64,000 nucleotides of DNA from Octopus vulgaris. Taxonomy: Eukaryota. Positions 1-24,715 of this stretch are shown here, in pieces (the first letter of the stretch is position 1; each line of letters opens with the position of its first letter). The position numbers were made by a program, and so were the translations under genes. The stretch spans positions 30,132,001 to 30,196,000 of the forward strand of contig OX597838.1 of NCBI GenBank assembly GCA_951406725.2, read 5' to 3'. The notes below the pieces were generated by a model. It did not search any database and had not been told where the DNA came from. It worked only from the letters and a program-made list of their open reading frames with translations.

Positions 1-43
<43 letters not shown>

Positions 44-46
<3 letters not shown>

Positions 47-209
47 CGTAGGAGTGTCTGTGTGGTAAGTAGCTTGCTAACCAACCACATGGTTCCAGGT
101 TCAGTCCCACTGCGTGACATCTTGGGCAAGTGTCTTCTGCTATAGCCCCGGGCCGACCAATGCCTTGTGAGTGGATTTGGTAGACGGAAACTGAAAGAAG
201 CCTGTCGTA

Positions 210-273
<64 letters not shown>

Positions 274-433
274 CGTAGGAGTGGCTGTGTGGTAAGTAGC
301 TTGCTAACCAACCACATGGTTCCAGGTTCAGTCCCACTGCGTGACATCTTGGGCAAGTGTCTTCTGCTATAGCCCCGGGCCGACCAATGCCTTGTGAGTG
401 GATTTGGTAGACGGAAACTGAAAGAAGCCTGTC

Positions 434-488
<55 letters not shown>

Positions 489-1138
489 CGTAGGAGTGGC
501 TGTGTGGTAAGTAGCTTGCTAACCAACCACATGGTTCCGAGTTCAGTCCCACTGCGTGACATCTTGGGCAAGTGTCTTCTGCTATAGCCCCGGGCCGACC
601 AATGCCTTGTGAGTGGATTTGGTAGACGGAAACTGAAAGAAGCCCGTCGTATATATGTATATATATATGTGTTTGTGTATCTGTGTTTGTCCCCCTAGCA
701 TTGCTTGACAACCAATGCTGGTGTGTTTACGTCCCCGTCACTTAGCGGTTCGGCAAAAAGAGACCGATACAATAAGTACTGGGCTTACAAAGAATAAGTC
801 CCGGGGTCGATTTGCTCGACTAAAAGGCGGTGCTCCAGCATGGCCGCAGTCAAATGACTGAAACAAGTAAAAGAGTAAAGAATAAAAGAGTATATGTGTG
901 TGTGTGTGTGTGTGTGGGTTTGTGTTTGTCCCCCTAGCATTGCTTGACAACCAATGTTGGTGTGTTTACGTCCCCGTCACTTAGCGGTTCGGCAAAAAGA
1001 GATCGATACACTAAGTACTGGGCTTACAAAGAATAAGTCCCGGGGTCGATTTGCTCGACTAAAAGGCGGTGCTCCAGCATGGCCGCAGTCAAATGCCTGA
1101 AACAAGTAAAAGAGTAAAGAGTAAAAGAGTAAAAGAGT
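44..1138 (+). mobile_element. tRNA-derived SINE with triplicated head (44-207, 271-434, 486-649) and duplicated tail (670-890, 918-1138)
   Basis: A/B-box-like TGGCTGTGTGGT and GTTCAGTCCC; modules separated by (TA)n/(TG)n; tail ends in (AAAGAGT)n. Confidence 0.8.
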
Positions 1139-1446
1139 ATATATATATATATATATATATGTACATACATGTGCACGTGTATATACAAATTAAGGGAGGA
1201 AGAGAGATGGGATCCCAGTAAAAACTCGTGGGAAAAAAAATCTCGTGGGAAGAACCCCACGAACGACTCATGAAGCGACGATGCAACGCAACAAGGAAAT
1301 AACTAACGGCGAGAATGAAGTTGTAACCGAACACGGTGAAGGTTTCCCGCTCCGCATGTCCAAAACCGCCCGCATCAGAGGCAGTGACCTGGCCTCGGAC
1401 CTCGGACCTCGGTAGTAGTAAGGTAATAGAAAATAGAAAGTGCCAG

Positions 1447-1447
<1 letters not shown>

Positions 1448-1500
<53 letters not shown>

Positions 1501-1517
1501 GCAATAATAATGATAAA

Positions 1518-1590
<73 letters not shown>

Positions 1591-1684
1591 AATAATAATA
1601 ATAGTAATATTAATAATAATAATAATAATAATAATAATGATGATGATGATAATAATAATAATGATGATAATAATAATAATAATT

Positions 1685-1715
<31 letters not shown>

Positions 1716-1843
1716 TGATGAAGATGATAATAATAATAATGATGATAATAATAATAATAATAATGATAATAATGATAATGATAATGATAATAATAGTTGT
1801 TGTTGTTGTTGTTGTATTGTTGTTGTTAATAATAATAATGATA

Positions 1844-1893
<50 letters not shown>

Positions 1894-1951
1894 TGTTGTT
1901 GTTGTTGTTGTTGTTGTTAATAATAATAATAATAGTAATAATAATAATAAT

Positions 1952-1992
<41 letters not shown>

Positions 1993-2089
1993 TGATGATG
2001 ATGATGATAATAATAATAATGATGATAATAATAATAATAATAATTATAATAATAATAATAATAATAGTTGTTGTTGTTGTTAATAATAA

Positions 2090-2138
<49 letters not shown>

Positions 2139-2248
2139 TGTTGTTGTTGTTGTTGTTGTTAATAATAATAATAATAGTAATAATAATAATAATAGTAATA
2201 ATAATAATAATGATGATGATGATGATGATGATAATAATAATAATGATG

Positions 2249-2285
<37 letters not shown>

Positions 2286-2314
2286 TGATGATGATGATGA
2301 TAATAATAATGGTG

Positions 2315-2351
<37 letters not shown>

Positions 2352-2360
2352 TAAAAATAA

Positions 2361-2417
<57 letters not shown>

Positions 2418-2430
2418 TGATGATGATGAT
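1448..2430 (+). repeat. Compound (AAT)/(GAT)/(GTT) microsatellite
   Basis: Seen directly. Confidence 0.95.
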
Positions 2431-2860
2431 AATATTCATATACATTCAACCAGATTAGACTTAGATGCCAAGAACCCTTCTAACTACCCTAGCTGCCCCT
2501 AATATCACTGTATTGAGGCCTTTACAGTCCCAAATTGATGAAAAAATTAATAAGAGAGGTATACAAAAAATAGCAGAGTACCAGGACCTAGCTATTGAAT
2601 TACAGAGACTTTGGAAAGTGCGGGTAAATTGCATCGCAGTAGTTATTAGTGTATTGGGAACTATCTCTAAAGATCTGAACAGATGGATAGAGGAAATAGG
2701 GATAAAACCCAGTTAAGTACGGCTGCAAAAAACAGTGATATTAGGGGCAGCTAGGGTAGTTAGGAGGGTTCTTGGCATCTAAGATTACTCGTTGTAACTC
2801 GATGTTAGGAATTTTTTTTTTTTCCAACAGTCTAATCTGGTTGAATGTATATGAATATTA
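2431..2860 (+). mobile_element. 3' fragment of a third RLE non-LTR family with an inverted copy of its own 3' end
   Basis: KIAEYQDLAIELQRLWKV...VVISVLG. 2431-2511 is the reverse complement of 2732-2860, lacking ~48 bp. Confidence 0.75.
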
Positions 2861-2878
2861 TTATCATCATCATCATCA

Positions 2879-2966
<88 letters not shown>

Positions 2967-2989
2967 CATCATCATCATCATTATTATTA

Positions 2990-3069
<80 letters not shown>

Positions 3070-3072
<3 letters not shown>

Positions 3073-3895
3073 TAGTTTTATTTTTATAGCGCGCTTTCAC
3101 TTCACTACCGAGCGCAGCTCTGTGTGCCTTGGGTATGTGCTGTGATTTGTTGTGATGCTCTGATGGTTATTGTATGGAAAGTGTTCTGTGTAGGATGTGT
3201 GCAGTGCCTAGTAGTGCAATTTTCTGTATGTTATATGTGTTTGTAAGTCCTGGTTTTTTGTTATGTATTTGTCTGAATATTTTTTTATCATGCCTAATGC
3301 ACCTACTATGATAGGAATTGTTTCTGTTTTCAGGTTCCACATTCTAGTTACCTCTATTTCCAGGTCTTTGTATTTTGAGAGTTTCTCCATTTCTTTTAGA
3401 GACACGTTGTCATCTGCCGGTATTGATACATCAATTAGAAAGCATTTTTTTCTTCATGATCTCTGACAACTATATCTGGTCTGTTGGCCTTAATTTCTCT
3501 ATCTGTGTGTATCGGCATATCCCAGAGTATGGTTGCTTTCTCGTATTCTGTGACCTTTTCTGGTGTGTGCCTATACCATCTTTTTTCTGTTGTTATTCCA
3601 TAATGTTGGCATAGCTTCCAATGTATGTAGGTTCCAACTCTGTCATGTCTGTGAATATATTCCTTCTTGGCCAGGACTGGGCAGCTAGAGATAATATGAT
3701 TTATTGTTTCTTGTCCATCTCCACATATTCTGCAGTTACTTGTAATATTTCTTTTCATTACATGTTTTTGGTAATTTCTGGTGGGGAGGCTTTGGTCTTG
3801 TGCTGCAATTAAAAATCCCTCTGTTTCTGCTTTGAGTCCTGAGCTTCTCAACCATTGCTGGGATTTTTCTTTGTCTATTTCTTTTGCGTTTAGTT
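3070..3895 (-). mobile_element. 5'-truncated R4/Dong-like element (second family), frameshifted
   Basis: LKAETEGFLIAAQDQ, CRICG...H...C, RHD, RPDI, KYKDL, IPIIVGALG; (AAT)n on both sides on minus. Confidence 0.88.
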
Positions 3896-3987
3896 TATTA
3901 TTATTATCATTATTATTATCATTATCATTATAATAATTATTTTTATTATTATTATTATTATTATTAACAACAACAACAACAACAACA

Positions 3988-4030
<43 letters not shown>

Positions 4031-4066
4031 TCAACAACAACAACAACAATAACAATAACAACAACA

Positions 4067-4214
<148 letters not shown>

Positions 4215-4419
4215 CATTATTATTATTCTTTCTGCTGAAAGCACAAAGCATGAAATTTGTGGGAAAGGGACTAGTCGATTACGTCGACCCCTGTTTTTCT
4301 CTGGTACTTAATTTTTTGACCCCGAAAAGATGAAAGGCGAAGTTGACCTCTGCTGAATTTGAACCCAGAACATAAGGATGGAGGAAATGTCACTAAGTAA
4401 TTTGTCCGACGTGATAACA

Positions 4420-4467
<48 letters not shown>

Positions 4468-4573
4468 CACAACAAAAAACAACAATATGTTTCAAGCAAA
4501 TGGAATTTGTATTTTATTTCCACAACATATAAAAAAAACGAAATAACTGTTATAATACTTCAGGTTACATTTC

Positions 4574-5150
4574 ATGTATGCATGCATGAATGCATGTATG
4601 GATATATGTATGTATATATGTGTGTGTATGTATGTATGTATGTATGTATGTATGTATGTATGTATGTATGTATGTATGTATGTATGTATGTATGAATGTA
4701 TGTATATATGTATGTATGTATGTATGCATATGTGTGTATGTATGTATGTATATATATGTGTGTATGTATGTATATATATGTGTGTATGTATGTATGTATG
4801 TATATGTATGTATGTATGTATGTATGTTTGTATGTATGTATGTGTGTGTGTATGTATGTATGTATGTATGTATGTATGTATGTGTGTATGTATGTATGTG
4901 TGTATGTATGTATGTATGTATGTATGTGTGTATGTATGTATGTATGTATGTATGCATGTATGTATGTGTGTGTGTATGTATGTATGCATGTATGTATGTA
5001 TGTATGTATGTATGTATGTATGTATGTATGTATGTATGTATGTATGTATGTGTGTATGTATGTATGTATGTATGTGTGTATGTATGTATGGATGGATGTG
5101 TTTGTGTATGTATGTATGTATGTATGTATGTATGTATGTATGTATGTATG

Positions 5151-5182
<32 letters not shown>

Positions 5183-5304
5183 TGTATGTATGTATGTATG
5201 TATGTGTGTATGTATGTATGTATGTATGTGTGTATGTATGTATGTATGTATATATATGTGTGTATGTATGTATATATATGTGTGTATGTATGTATGTATG
5301 TATG

Positions 5305-5336
<32 letters not shown>

Positions 5337-5548
5337 TGTATGTATGTACGGATATATGTAAGCATGTATATATATGTGTGTGTATGTATGTGTGTATGTA
5401 TGTATGTATGTATATATATATGTGTGTGTATGTATGTATGTATGTATGTATGTATGTATATATATGTGTGTATGTATGTATGTGTGTATACATATGTATG
5501 TATGTATGTATGTATATATATGTGTGTATGTATGTATGTGTGTATACA
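4574..5548 (+). repeat. (ATGT)n microsatellite, ~1 kb
   Basis: Seen directly; the paralogous position has a (TG)/(ATGT) tract at 31366-31755. Confidence 0.95.
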
Positions 5549-5641
5549 TAAGCATTTTGGTTCGAACTAACGGCTTATATAACTTTTCAGTCTGGTGTCT
5601 CCATCTGTTGTTAATAGCTTTGAATATTTACAACACAAAGT

Positions 5642-5681
<40 letters not shown>

Positions 5682-5793
5682 CTGCGTGTATTCATATATG
5701 GCACGCGTCGTTCATTCGTTATTCTGAGAGAGATATTAGAAGATAGTCGTTCATTCCGTTATTCCATGGTCTTTCGTGGGGGAGAGACAGGAG

Positions 5794-17297
<11,504 letters not shown>

Positions 17298-17590
17298 CTC
17301 GTCACAGATCTGCGAATGTTGAACAACCGCGGCTGAAACCTGAATGGAAGCCCGAATGGGAACGACACTGATATAGGCTCTCCGCGCCCGCACACACACA
17401 CTCACACACACACACACATACGTATATAGATATGTGTACATGTGTATATATACATATATATATCTATATATAGATATATAAAGATACACACACACACACA
17501 CTCACGCACTTCCGAGGCACGTGTGTACAAGGCGGATTTCGACAAGAGCTGTGTAAGCACTTCCGATACGTACGTGTGCATACATACATG

Positions 17591-17718
<128 letters not shown>

Positions 17719-18074
17719 TATATGTATATATATAATATTTAATGTGGCGGATTAGTGCAGAGGGTTGTTCCATTAACATCCTGAACGAATTTCTTTTTCT
17801 TTTTTGTTTTTATTAACTTTTTTTTTCTATATTTTACAAGTGTTTTGCAACTCTTCATTGAGAAAATAACACAAGCAGAATATTGTAGCGATGCTTCACT
17901 CCCTAATCAGATGGGCATAGAACAATATGGCAGCCAAAATTCAGTATCTTTAACGAGGCACGAACCTCTATGTACACGAAGAGTCACCGACTGCAAAATT
18001 GCTGTAACACAACATGGTGAAAATGAGTCCACACCCATAAGGGACAGTAGCATGATATGTGAGAGTTTGTGTGA

Positions 18075-18112
<38 letters not shown>

Positions 18113-18113
<1 letters not shown>

Positions 18114-18506
18114 TTACTTTATTACTCTTTTACTTGTTTCAGTCATTTGACTGCGGCCATGCTGGAGCACCGCCTTTAGTCGAGCAAATCGACCCCGGGA
18201 CTTATTCTTTGTAAGCCCAGTACTTATTCTATTGGTGTCTTTTGCCGAACCGCTAAGTGACGGCGACGTAAACACACCAGCATCGGTTTTCAAGCAATAC
18301 TAGGGGGACAAACACAGACACACACACACAAATACATATACATACATATATACGTCAGGCTTCTTTCAGTTTCTGTCTACCAAATCCATTCACAAGGCAT
18401 TGGTCGGCCCAGGGCTATAGCAGAAGACACTTGCCCAAGATGCCACGCAGTGGGACTGAACCCGGAACCATATGGTTAGATAGCAAGCAACTTACCACAC
18501 AGCCAC
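18113..18506 (-). mobile_element. Same SINE family, full length (duplicate 23655-24047; partial copies 55020-55240 and 63640-63780)
   Basis: Reverse complement of 486-890. Confidence 0.8.
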
Positions 18507-18767
18507 ACACATATAGATATATATACACACATACATACACAAATATTTATATATATATATATAACGGTAAGCTTTATGAAAATAGACAAAAGACGAAGGC
18601 AGGTTTACGGAAATAAACAAAAGACGAAGGCAGGTGGAATACAAACAAACAATTGTATTAGTATGGCGCTCAGGAAATATAAATGAAACAAGTCTTTAAC
18701 GTTTCGAGCCTACGCTCTTCAACAGAAAGATACACAGAGAAAAAAACACAGAAAGAAGGAGAGAAAA

Positions 18768-18849
<82 letters not shown>

Positions 18850-19209
18850 TGAATGTATGTATATATATATGTGTGTGTGTGTGTATATAAGATATGTTAG
18901 AGGTATGAAAACCTTCTAAGGGATAGATGTATTGAGAGGCACTCCTGGTAATTACCTGAGTATGTATGGTCTTTGTTATAAGGTATACGGTAGTGAGTAA
19001 TTTAAAGGTAAACCGTGGTTTAATGTATATTATACAGACGATAAGAAAATGGAGAAATAAGTAATAATGTAAAGTGGATCTTTGGTGTTATAAAGACATT
19101 TTAATTAATTTAAGTTAATTAATACGATATGGATTGATTTCTCTACGGCTTTCTACCTGGTCTTTATGTGGCGTGCACATTGTTATTTATTTCCCCCTTT
19201 TCTTATCGT

Positions 19210-19465
<256 letters not shown>

Positions 19466-19596
19466 ATACACAGACACACACGCACTTCCGTATGCACATG
19501 TGTACAAGGCGGATCTAGACAAGAGCAGCGTAAGCACTTCCGATATGTATGTGTGCATATATATATGCACACATAACCATACACATACATACATAC

Positions 19597-19812
19597 ATCA
19601 CGTGATCACGTGACCGACCAGACCATCAGAAGAAAGAGTGGGAGAAAGAGTGGTGAAAGAGTACAGCAGGGATCACCACCCCCTGCCGGAGCCTCGTAGA
19701 GCTTTTAGGTGTTTTCGCACAATAAACACACACAACGTCCGGTCTGGGAATCGAAACCGCGATCCTGCGACCGCGAGTCCGCTGCCCTAACCACTAGGCC
19801 ATTGCGCCTCCA
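19597..19812 (-). mobile_element. tRNA-derived SINE (second family), internally deleted
   Basis: Minus strand head GGAGGCGCAATGGCCTAGTGGTTAGG...GTTTCGATTCCC. Confidence 0.7.
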
Positions 19813-19816
19813 CATA

Positions 19817-19854
<38 letters not shown>

Positions 19855-19857
<3 letters not shown>

Positions 19858-20248
19858 TTATATATAAAAGTGAGGTTGTGTGCTGTTTATCTCCCACGAT
19901 TTAGATTCCTGACTACTCACACATTTTGCGGTGCAGTTTAATTAAAACCGGGTATCTTATAGTCGTGATTCATATCGAGCCCTTCTCGGTATTAGCGCGC
20001 GTCTACGATGAGTCTACGATTTAAAAAATAATTTACCAGCAATTTTTCCCATTTTTAATGCTTTTTGGCATATATAAGGGATGTAACTCTCTAAAAATTT
20101 ATTATTAAATCTCAGAACGTAAAAAGCTACAGTAACACCACCGCTTTGTGGTAAGCCATATTGAGATGGCTATTATACTTTACATCTCTAAAAATGCTTA
20201 TATAGTTATTTACCTTACAAACCCGAGCAACGCCGGGCGATACTGCTA

Positions 20249-20249
<1 letters not shown>
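19855..20249 (+). mobile_element. Non-autonomous Helitron (~395 bp)
   Basis: 5' TC(TTTATATATAAAAG), subterminal hairpin CCCGAGCAACGCCGGG, 3' CTAG; inserted between A and T. Confidence 0.8.
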
Positions 20250-20286
<37 letters not shown>

Positions 20287-20304
20287 CCACACACACACGC
20301 ACAC

Positions 20305-20351
<47 letters not shown>

Positions 20352-20420
20352 GGAGTAAACACATAAATGTGAAACAAGGTGGAAAAAAGAGTGCTCAAAT
20401 ACCAGTGGTAGAGTAATATG

Positions 20421-20552
20421 CTTTATTTAAAGCAGCAGAAAATTCCACAAAACCTGTTACTCTGAGTTTCGCGTTGCCGTTCGTCGGACAGTTTTTGAAA
20501 CGCGAAACTCAGAGTAACAGGTTTTGTGGAATTTTCTGCTGCTTTAAATAAA
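20421..20552. repeat. Short fold-back (55-bp arms) with minimal HHR-like motif on minus (20454-20491)
   Basis: Minus strand reads CTGT-CCGACGA-ACG GCAA CGC-GAAAC-TCAGAG-TA-ACAG; paralogous copy at 61768-61899. Confidence 0.7.
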
Positions 20553-20701
20553 GTATGTATATATATATATATATATATATCACAATCAAGGAACTGCCAT
20601 AATAGGCCATTCACCCACTAGAAATAACAGCCAAAAGCTTTAACCGCAAAATAACATTAATACCGTAAACCAGGAGAAAATTGAAAAACTTTTACCCTGT
20701 A

Positions 20702-20808
20702 ATTTCTTAGACGATGCACCGTTTCATCTACCGTTTAATGGTAAACTAACCTGATTAAATTAAATCAAGCCAATCCACCATAGGCCCTTAGACTCATCAG
20801 TAAGAAAT
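20702..20808 (-). ncRNA. Type I hammerhead ribozyme (inverted arm, distal unit)
   Basis: Reverse complement of the array HHR. Confidence 0.88.
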
Positions 20809-21183
20809 AGCCAAATCGGGACAGATATTTTTCACGAGGCATTCCTCTTGCTGCCTCGGCAGTATCTGACCTAAAATTTTCAAATCGTCGCACTCGCGCC
20901 AAATTTATCGGCAGCAAATGAACCACCGATTCCGTTACGGAACTAACCAGAAAATTCATAATTAATCAATATAGGGTGGCAAAAAATTTTGTAGAATTCT
21001 TTTGCCACCAGCGGCCTAGTAGGAAAAATTAAATAGTCATAAACCATTTTTACGTTCAACATCACAATCAAGGAACGGCCATAATAGGCCATTCACCCAC
21101 TAGAAATAACAGCCAAAAGCTTTAACCGCAAAATAACATTAATACCGTAAACCAGGAGAAAATTGAAAAACTTTTACCCTGTA

Positions 21184-21290
21184 ATTTCTTAGACGATGCA
21201 CCGTTTCATCTACCGTTTAATGGTAAACTAACCTGATTAAATTAAATCAAGCCAATCCACCATAGGCCCTTAGACTCATCAGTAAGAAAT
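21184..21290 (-). ncRNA. Type I hammerhead ribozyme (inverted arm, proximal unit)
   Basis: Reverse complement of the array HHR. Confidence 0.88.
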
Positions 21291-21707
21291 AGCCAAATCG
21301 GGACAGATATTTTTCACGAGGCATTCCTCTTGCTGCCTCGGCAGTATCTGACCTAAAATTTTCAAATCGTCGCACTCGCGCCAAATTTATCGGCAGCAAA
21401 TGAACCACCGATTCCGTTACGGAACTAACCAGAAAATTCATAATTAATCAATATAGGGTGGCAAAAAAATTTTGTAGAATTCTTTTGCCACCAGCGGTTT
21501 AGTAGGTGGCAAAAAGAATTCTACAAAATTTTTTTGCCACCCTATATTGATTAATTATGAATTTTCTGGTTAGTTCCGTAACGGAATCGGTGGTTCATTT
21601 GCTGCCGATAAATTTGGCGCGAGTGCGACGATTTGAAAATTTTAGGTCAGATACTGCCGAGGCAGCACGAGGAATGCCTCGTGAAAAATATCTGTCCCGA
21701 TTTGGCT

Positions 21708-21814
21708 ATTTCTTACTGATGAGTCTAAGGGCCTATGGTGGATTGGCTTGATTTAATTTAATCAGGTTAGTTTACCATTAAACGGTAGATGAAACGGTGC
21801 ATCGTCTAAGAAAT
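21708..21814 (+). ncRNA. Type I hammerhead ribozyme (array unit +1)
   Basis: Stem I ATTTCTTA/TAAGAAAT, core CTGATGA (21716-22), stem II GTCTA/TAGAT, GAAAC (21791-95), self-complementary stem III ACGGTGCATCGT, GTC cleavage triplet (cut after 21806). Confidence 0.9.
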
Positions 21815-22191
21815 TACAGGGTAAAAGTTTTTCAATTTTCTCCTGGTTTACGGTATTAATGTTATTTTGCGGTTAAAGCTTTTGGCTGTTATTTCTAGTG
21901 GGTGAATGGCCTATTATGGCCGTTCCTTGATTGTGATGTTGAACGTAAAAATGGTTTATGACTATTTAATTTTTTCCTACTAGGCCGCTGGTGGCAAAAG
22001 AATTCTACAAAATTTTTTTGCCACCCTATATTGATTAATTATGAATTTTCTGGTTAGTTCCGTAACGGAATCGGTGGTTCATTTGCTGCCGATAAATTTG
22101 GCGCGAGTGCGACGATTTGAAAATTTTAGGTCAGATACTGCCGAGGCAGCAAGAGGAATGCCTCGTGAAAAATATCTGTCCCGATTTGGCT

Positions 22192-22298
22192 ATTTCTTAC
22201 TGATGAGTCTAAGGGCCTATGGTGGATTGGCTTGATTTAATTTAATCAGGTTAGTTTACCATTAAACGGTAGATGAAACGGTGCATCGTCTAAGAAAT
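22192..22298 (+). ncRNA. Type I hammerhead ribozyme (array unit +2)
   Basis: Identical motif; predicted cut after 22290. Confidence 0.9.
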
Positions 22299-22675
22299 TA
22301 CAGGGTAAAAGTTTTTCAATTTTCTCCTGGTTTACGGTATTAATGTTATTTTGCGGTTAAAGCTTTTGGCTGTTATTTCTAGTGGGTGAATGGCCTATTA
22401 TGGCCGTTCCTTGATTGTGATGTTGAACGTAAAAATGGTTTATGACTATTTAATTTTTTCCTACTAGGCCGCTGGTGGCAAAAGAATTCTACAAAATTTT
22501 TTTGCCACCCTATATTGATTAATTATGAATTTTCTGGTTAGTTCCGTAACGGAATCGGTGGTTCATTTGCTGCCGATAAATTTGGCGCGAGTGCGACGAT
22601 TTGAAAATTTTAGGTCAGATACTGCCGAGGCAGCAAGAGGAATGCCTCGTGAAAAATATCTGTCCCGATTTGGCT

Positions 22676-22782
22676 ATTTCTTACTGATGAGTCTAAGGGC
22701 CTATGGTGGATTGGCTTGATTTAATTTAATCAGGTTAGTTTACCATTAAACGGCAGATGAAACGGTGCATCGTCTAAGAAAT
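22676..22782 (+). ncRNA. Type I hammerhead ribozyme (array unit +3)
   Basis: Same motif with one stem II change (CAGAT); predicted cut after 22774. Confidence 0.87.
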
Positions 22783-23002
22783 TACAGGGTAAAAGTTTTT
22801 CAATTTTCTCCTGGTTTACGGTATTAATGTTATTTTGCGGTTAAAGCTTTTGGCTGTTATTTCTAGTGGGTGAATGGCCTATTATGGCCGTTCCTTGATT
22901 GTGATGTTGAACGTAAAAATGGTTTATGACTATTTAATTTTTTCCTACTAGGCCGCTGGTGGCAAAAGAATTCTACAAAATTTTTTTGCCACCCTATATT
23001 GA

Positions 23003-23033
<31 letters not shown>

Positions 23034-23134
23034 AAGTATTGAATTTCTAAATCTCTCGTGGAGACATGTACGGTGGTGGGGCGATAGAATGGTTGTATAC
23101 TGTCAATCTAACAAGAACGTGACAGTATACAGCC

Positions 23135-23253
<119 letters not shown>

Positions 23254-23588
23254 TTAATGTGGCGGATTAGTGTAGTGGGTTGTTCCATTAACATCCTGAA
23301 CGAAATTTTTTTCTTTTTCGTTTTTATTAACTTTTTTTTTTCTAGATTTACAAGTGTTTTGCAACTCTTCATTGAGAAAATAACACAAGCAGAATATTGT
23401 AGCGATGCTTCACTCCCTAATCAGATGGGCATAGAACAATATGGCAGCCAAAATTCAGTATCTTTAACGAGGCACGAACCTCTATGTACACAATGAGTCA
23501 CCGACTGCAAAATTGCTGTAACACAACATGGTGAAAATGAGTCCACACCCATAAGGGACAGTAGCATGATATGTGAGAGTTTGTGTGA

Positions 23589-23655
<67 letters not shown>

Positions 23656-24090
23656 TTACTTTATTACTCTTTTACTTGTTTCAGTCATTTGACTGCGGCC
23701 ATGTTGGAGCACGCCTTTAGTCGAGCAAATCGACCCCGGGAATTATTCTTTGTAAGCCCAGTACTTATTCTATTGGTGTCTTTTGCCGAACCGCTAAGTG
23801 ACGGCGACGTAAACACACCAGCATCGGTTTTCAAGCAATGCTAGGGGGACAAACACAGACACACACACACATATACATATACATACATATATACGTCAGG
23901 CTTCTTTCAGTTTCCGTCTACCAAATCCATTCACAAGGCATTGGTCGGCCCGGGGCTATAGCAGAAGACACTTGCCCAAGATGCCACGCAGTGGGACTGA
24001 ACCCGGAACCATATGGTTAGATAGCAAGCAACTTACCACACAGCCACACACACACATATATATATATATATACACACATACATACACAAA

Positions 24091-24147
<57 letters not shown>

Positions 24148-24506
24148 GAATGTATGTATATATATGTGTGTGTGTATGTGTATGTGTATAAGATATGTTA
24201 GAGGTATGAAAACCTTCTAAGGGATAGATGTATTGAGAGGCACTCCTGGTAATTACCTGAGTATGTATGGTCTTTGTTGTAAGGTATACGGTAGTGAGTA
24301 ATTTAAAGGTAAACCGTGGTTTAATGTATATTATACAGACGATAAGAAAATGGAGAAATAAGTAAAAATGTAAAGTGTTATAAAGACATTTTAATTAATT
24401 TTAGCTAATTAATACGAAATGGATTGATTTCTCTACGGCTTTCTTCTTGGTCTTTATGTGCCGTGCACATTGTTATTTATTTCCCCCTTTTCTTATCGTC
24501 TTTATA

Positions 24507-24715
<209 letters not shown>

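Larger units (their letters stand above)
20580..23010. mobile_element. Retrozyme-like array: ~484-bp HHR-containing unit, ~1.9 copies on minus (20580-21492) and ~3.1 copies on plus (21505-23010), inserted in (TA)n
   Basis: Near-identical units at 484-bp spacing (482 in the minus arm), each with one type I hammerhead; TA tracts on both sides. Confidence 0.88.

Noticed and set aside
17340-17380. TATA-like CCTATATCAG upstream of gene A
   Set aside because: The paralog reads CCTGTATCAG, and the match is too weak without TSS data.
20765-22719. 64-aa ORF repeated five times (MNFLVSSVTESV...)
   Set aside because: It is repeated only because the unit is repeated, has no recognisable domain, and overlaps the ribozyme. 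RNA structure explains the unit better, though translation cannot be excluded.
20580-23010. CRISPR array or plain satellite interpretation
   Set aside because: There are no unique spacers or cas genes, and the context is eukaryotic. The HHR and the empty paralogous site argue against a simple satellite.
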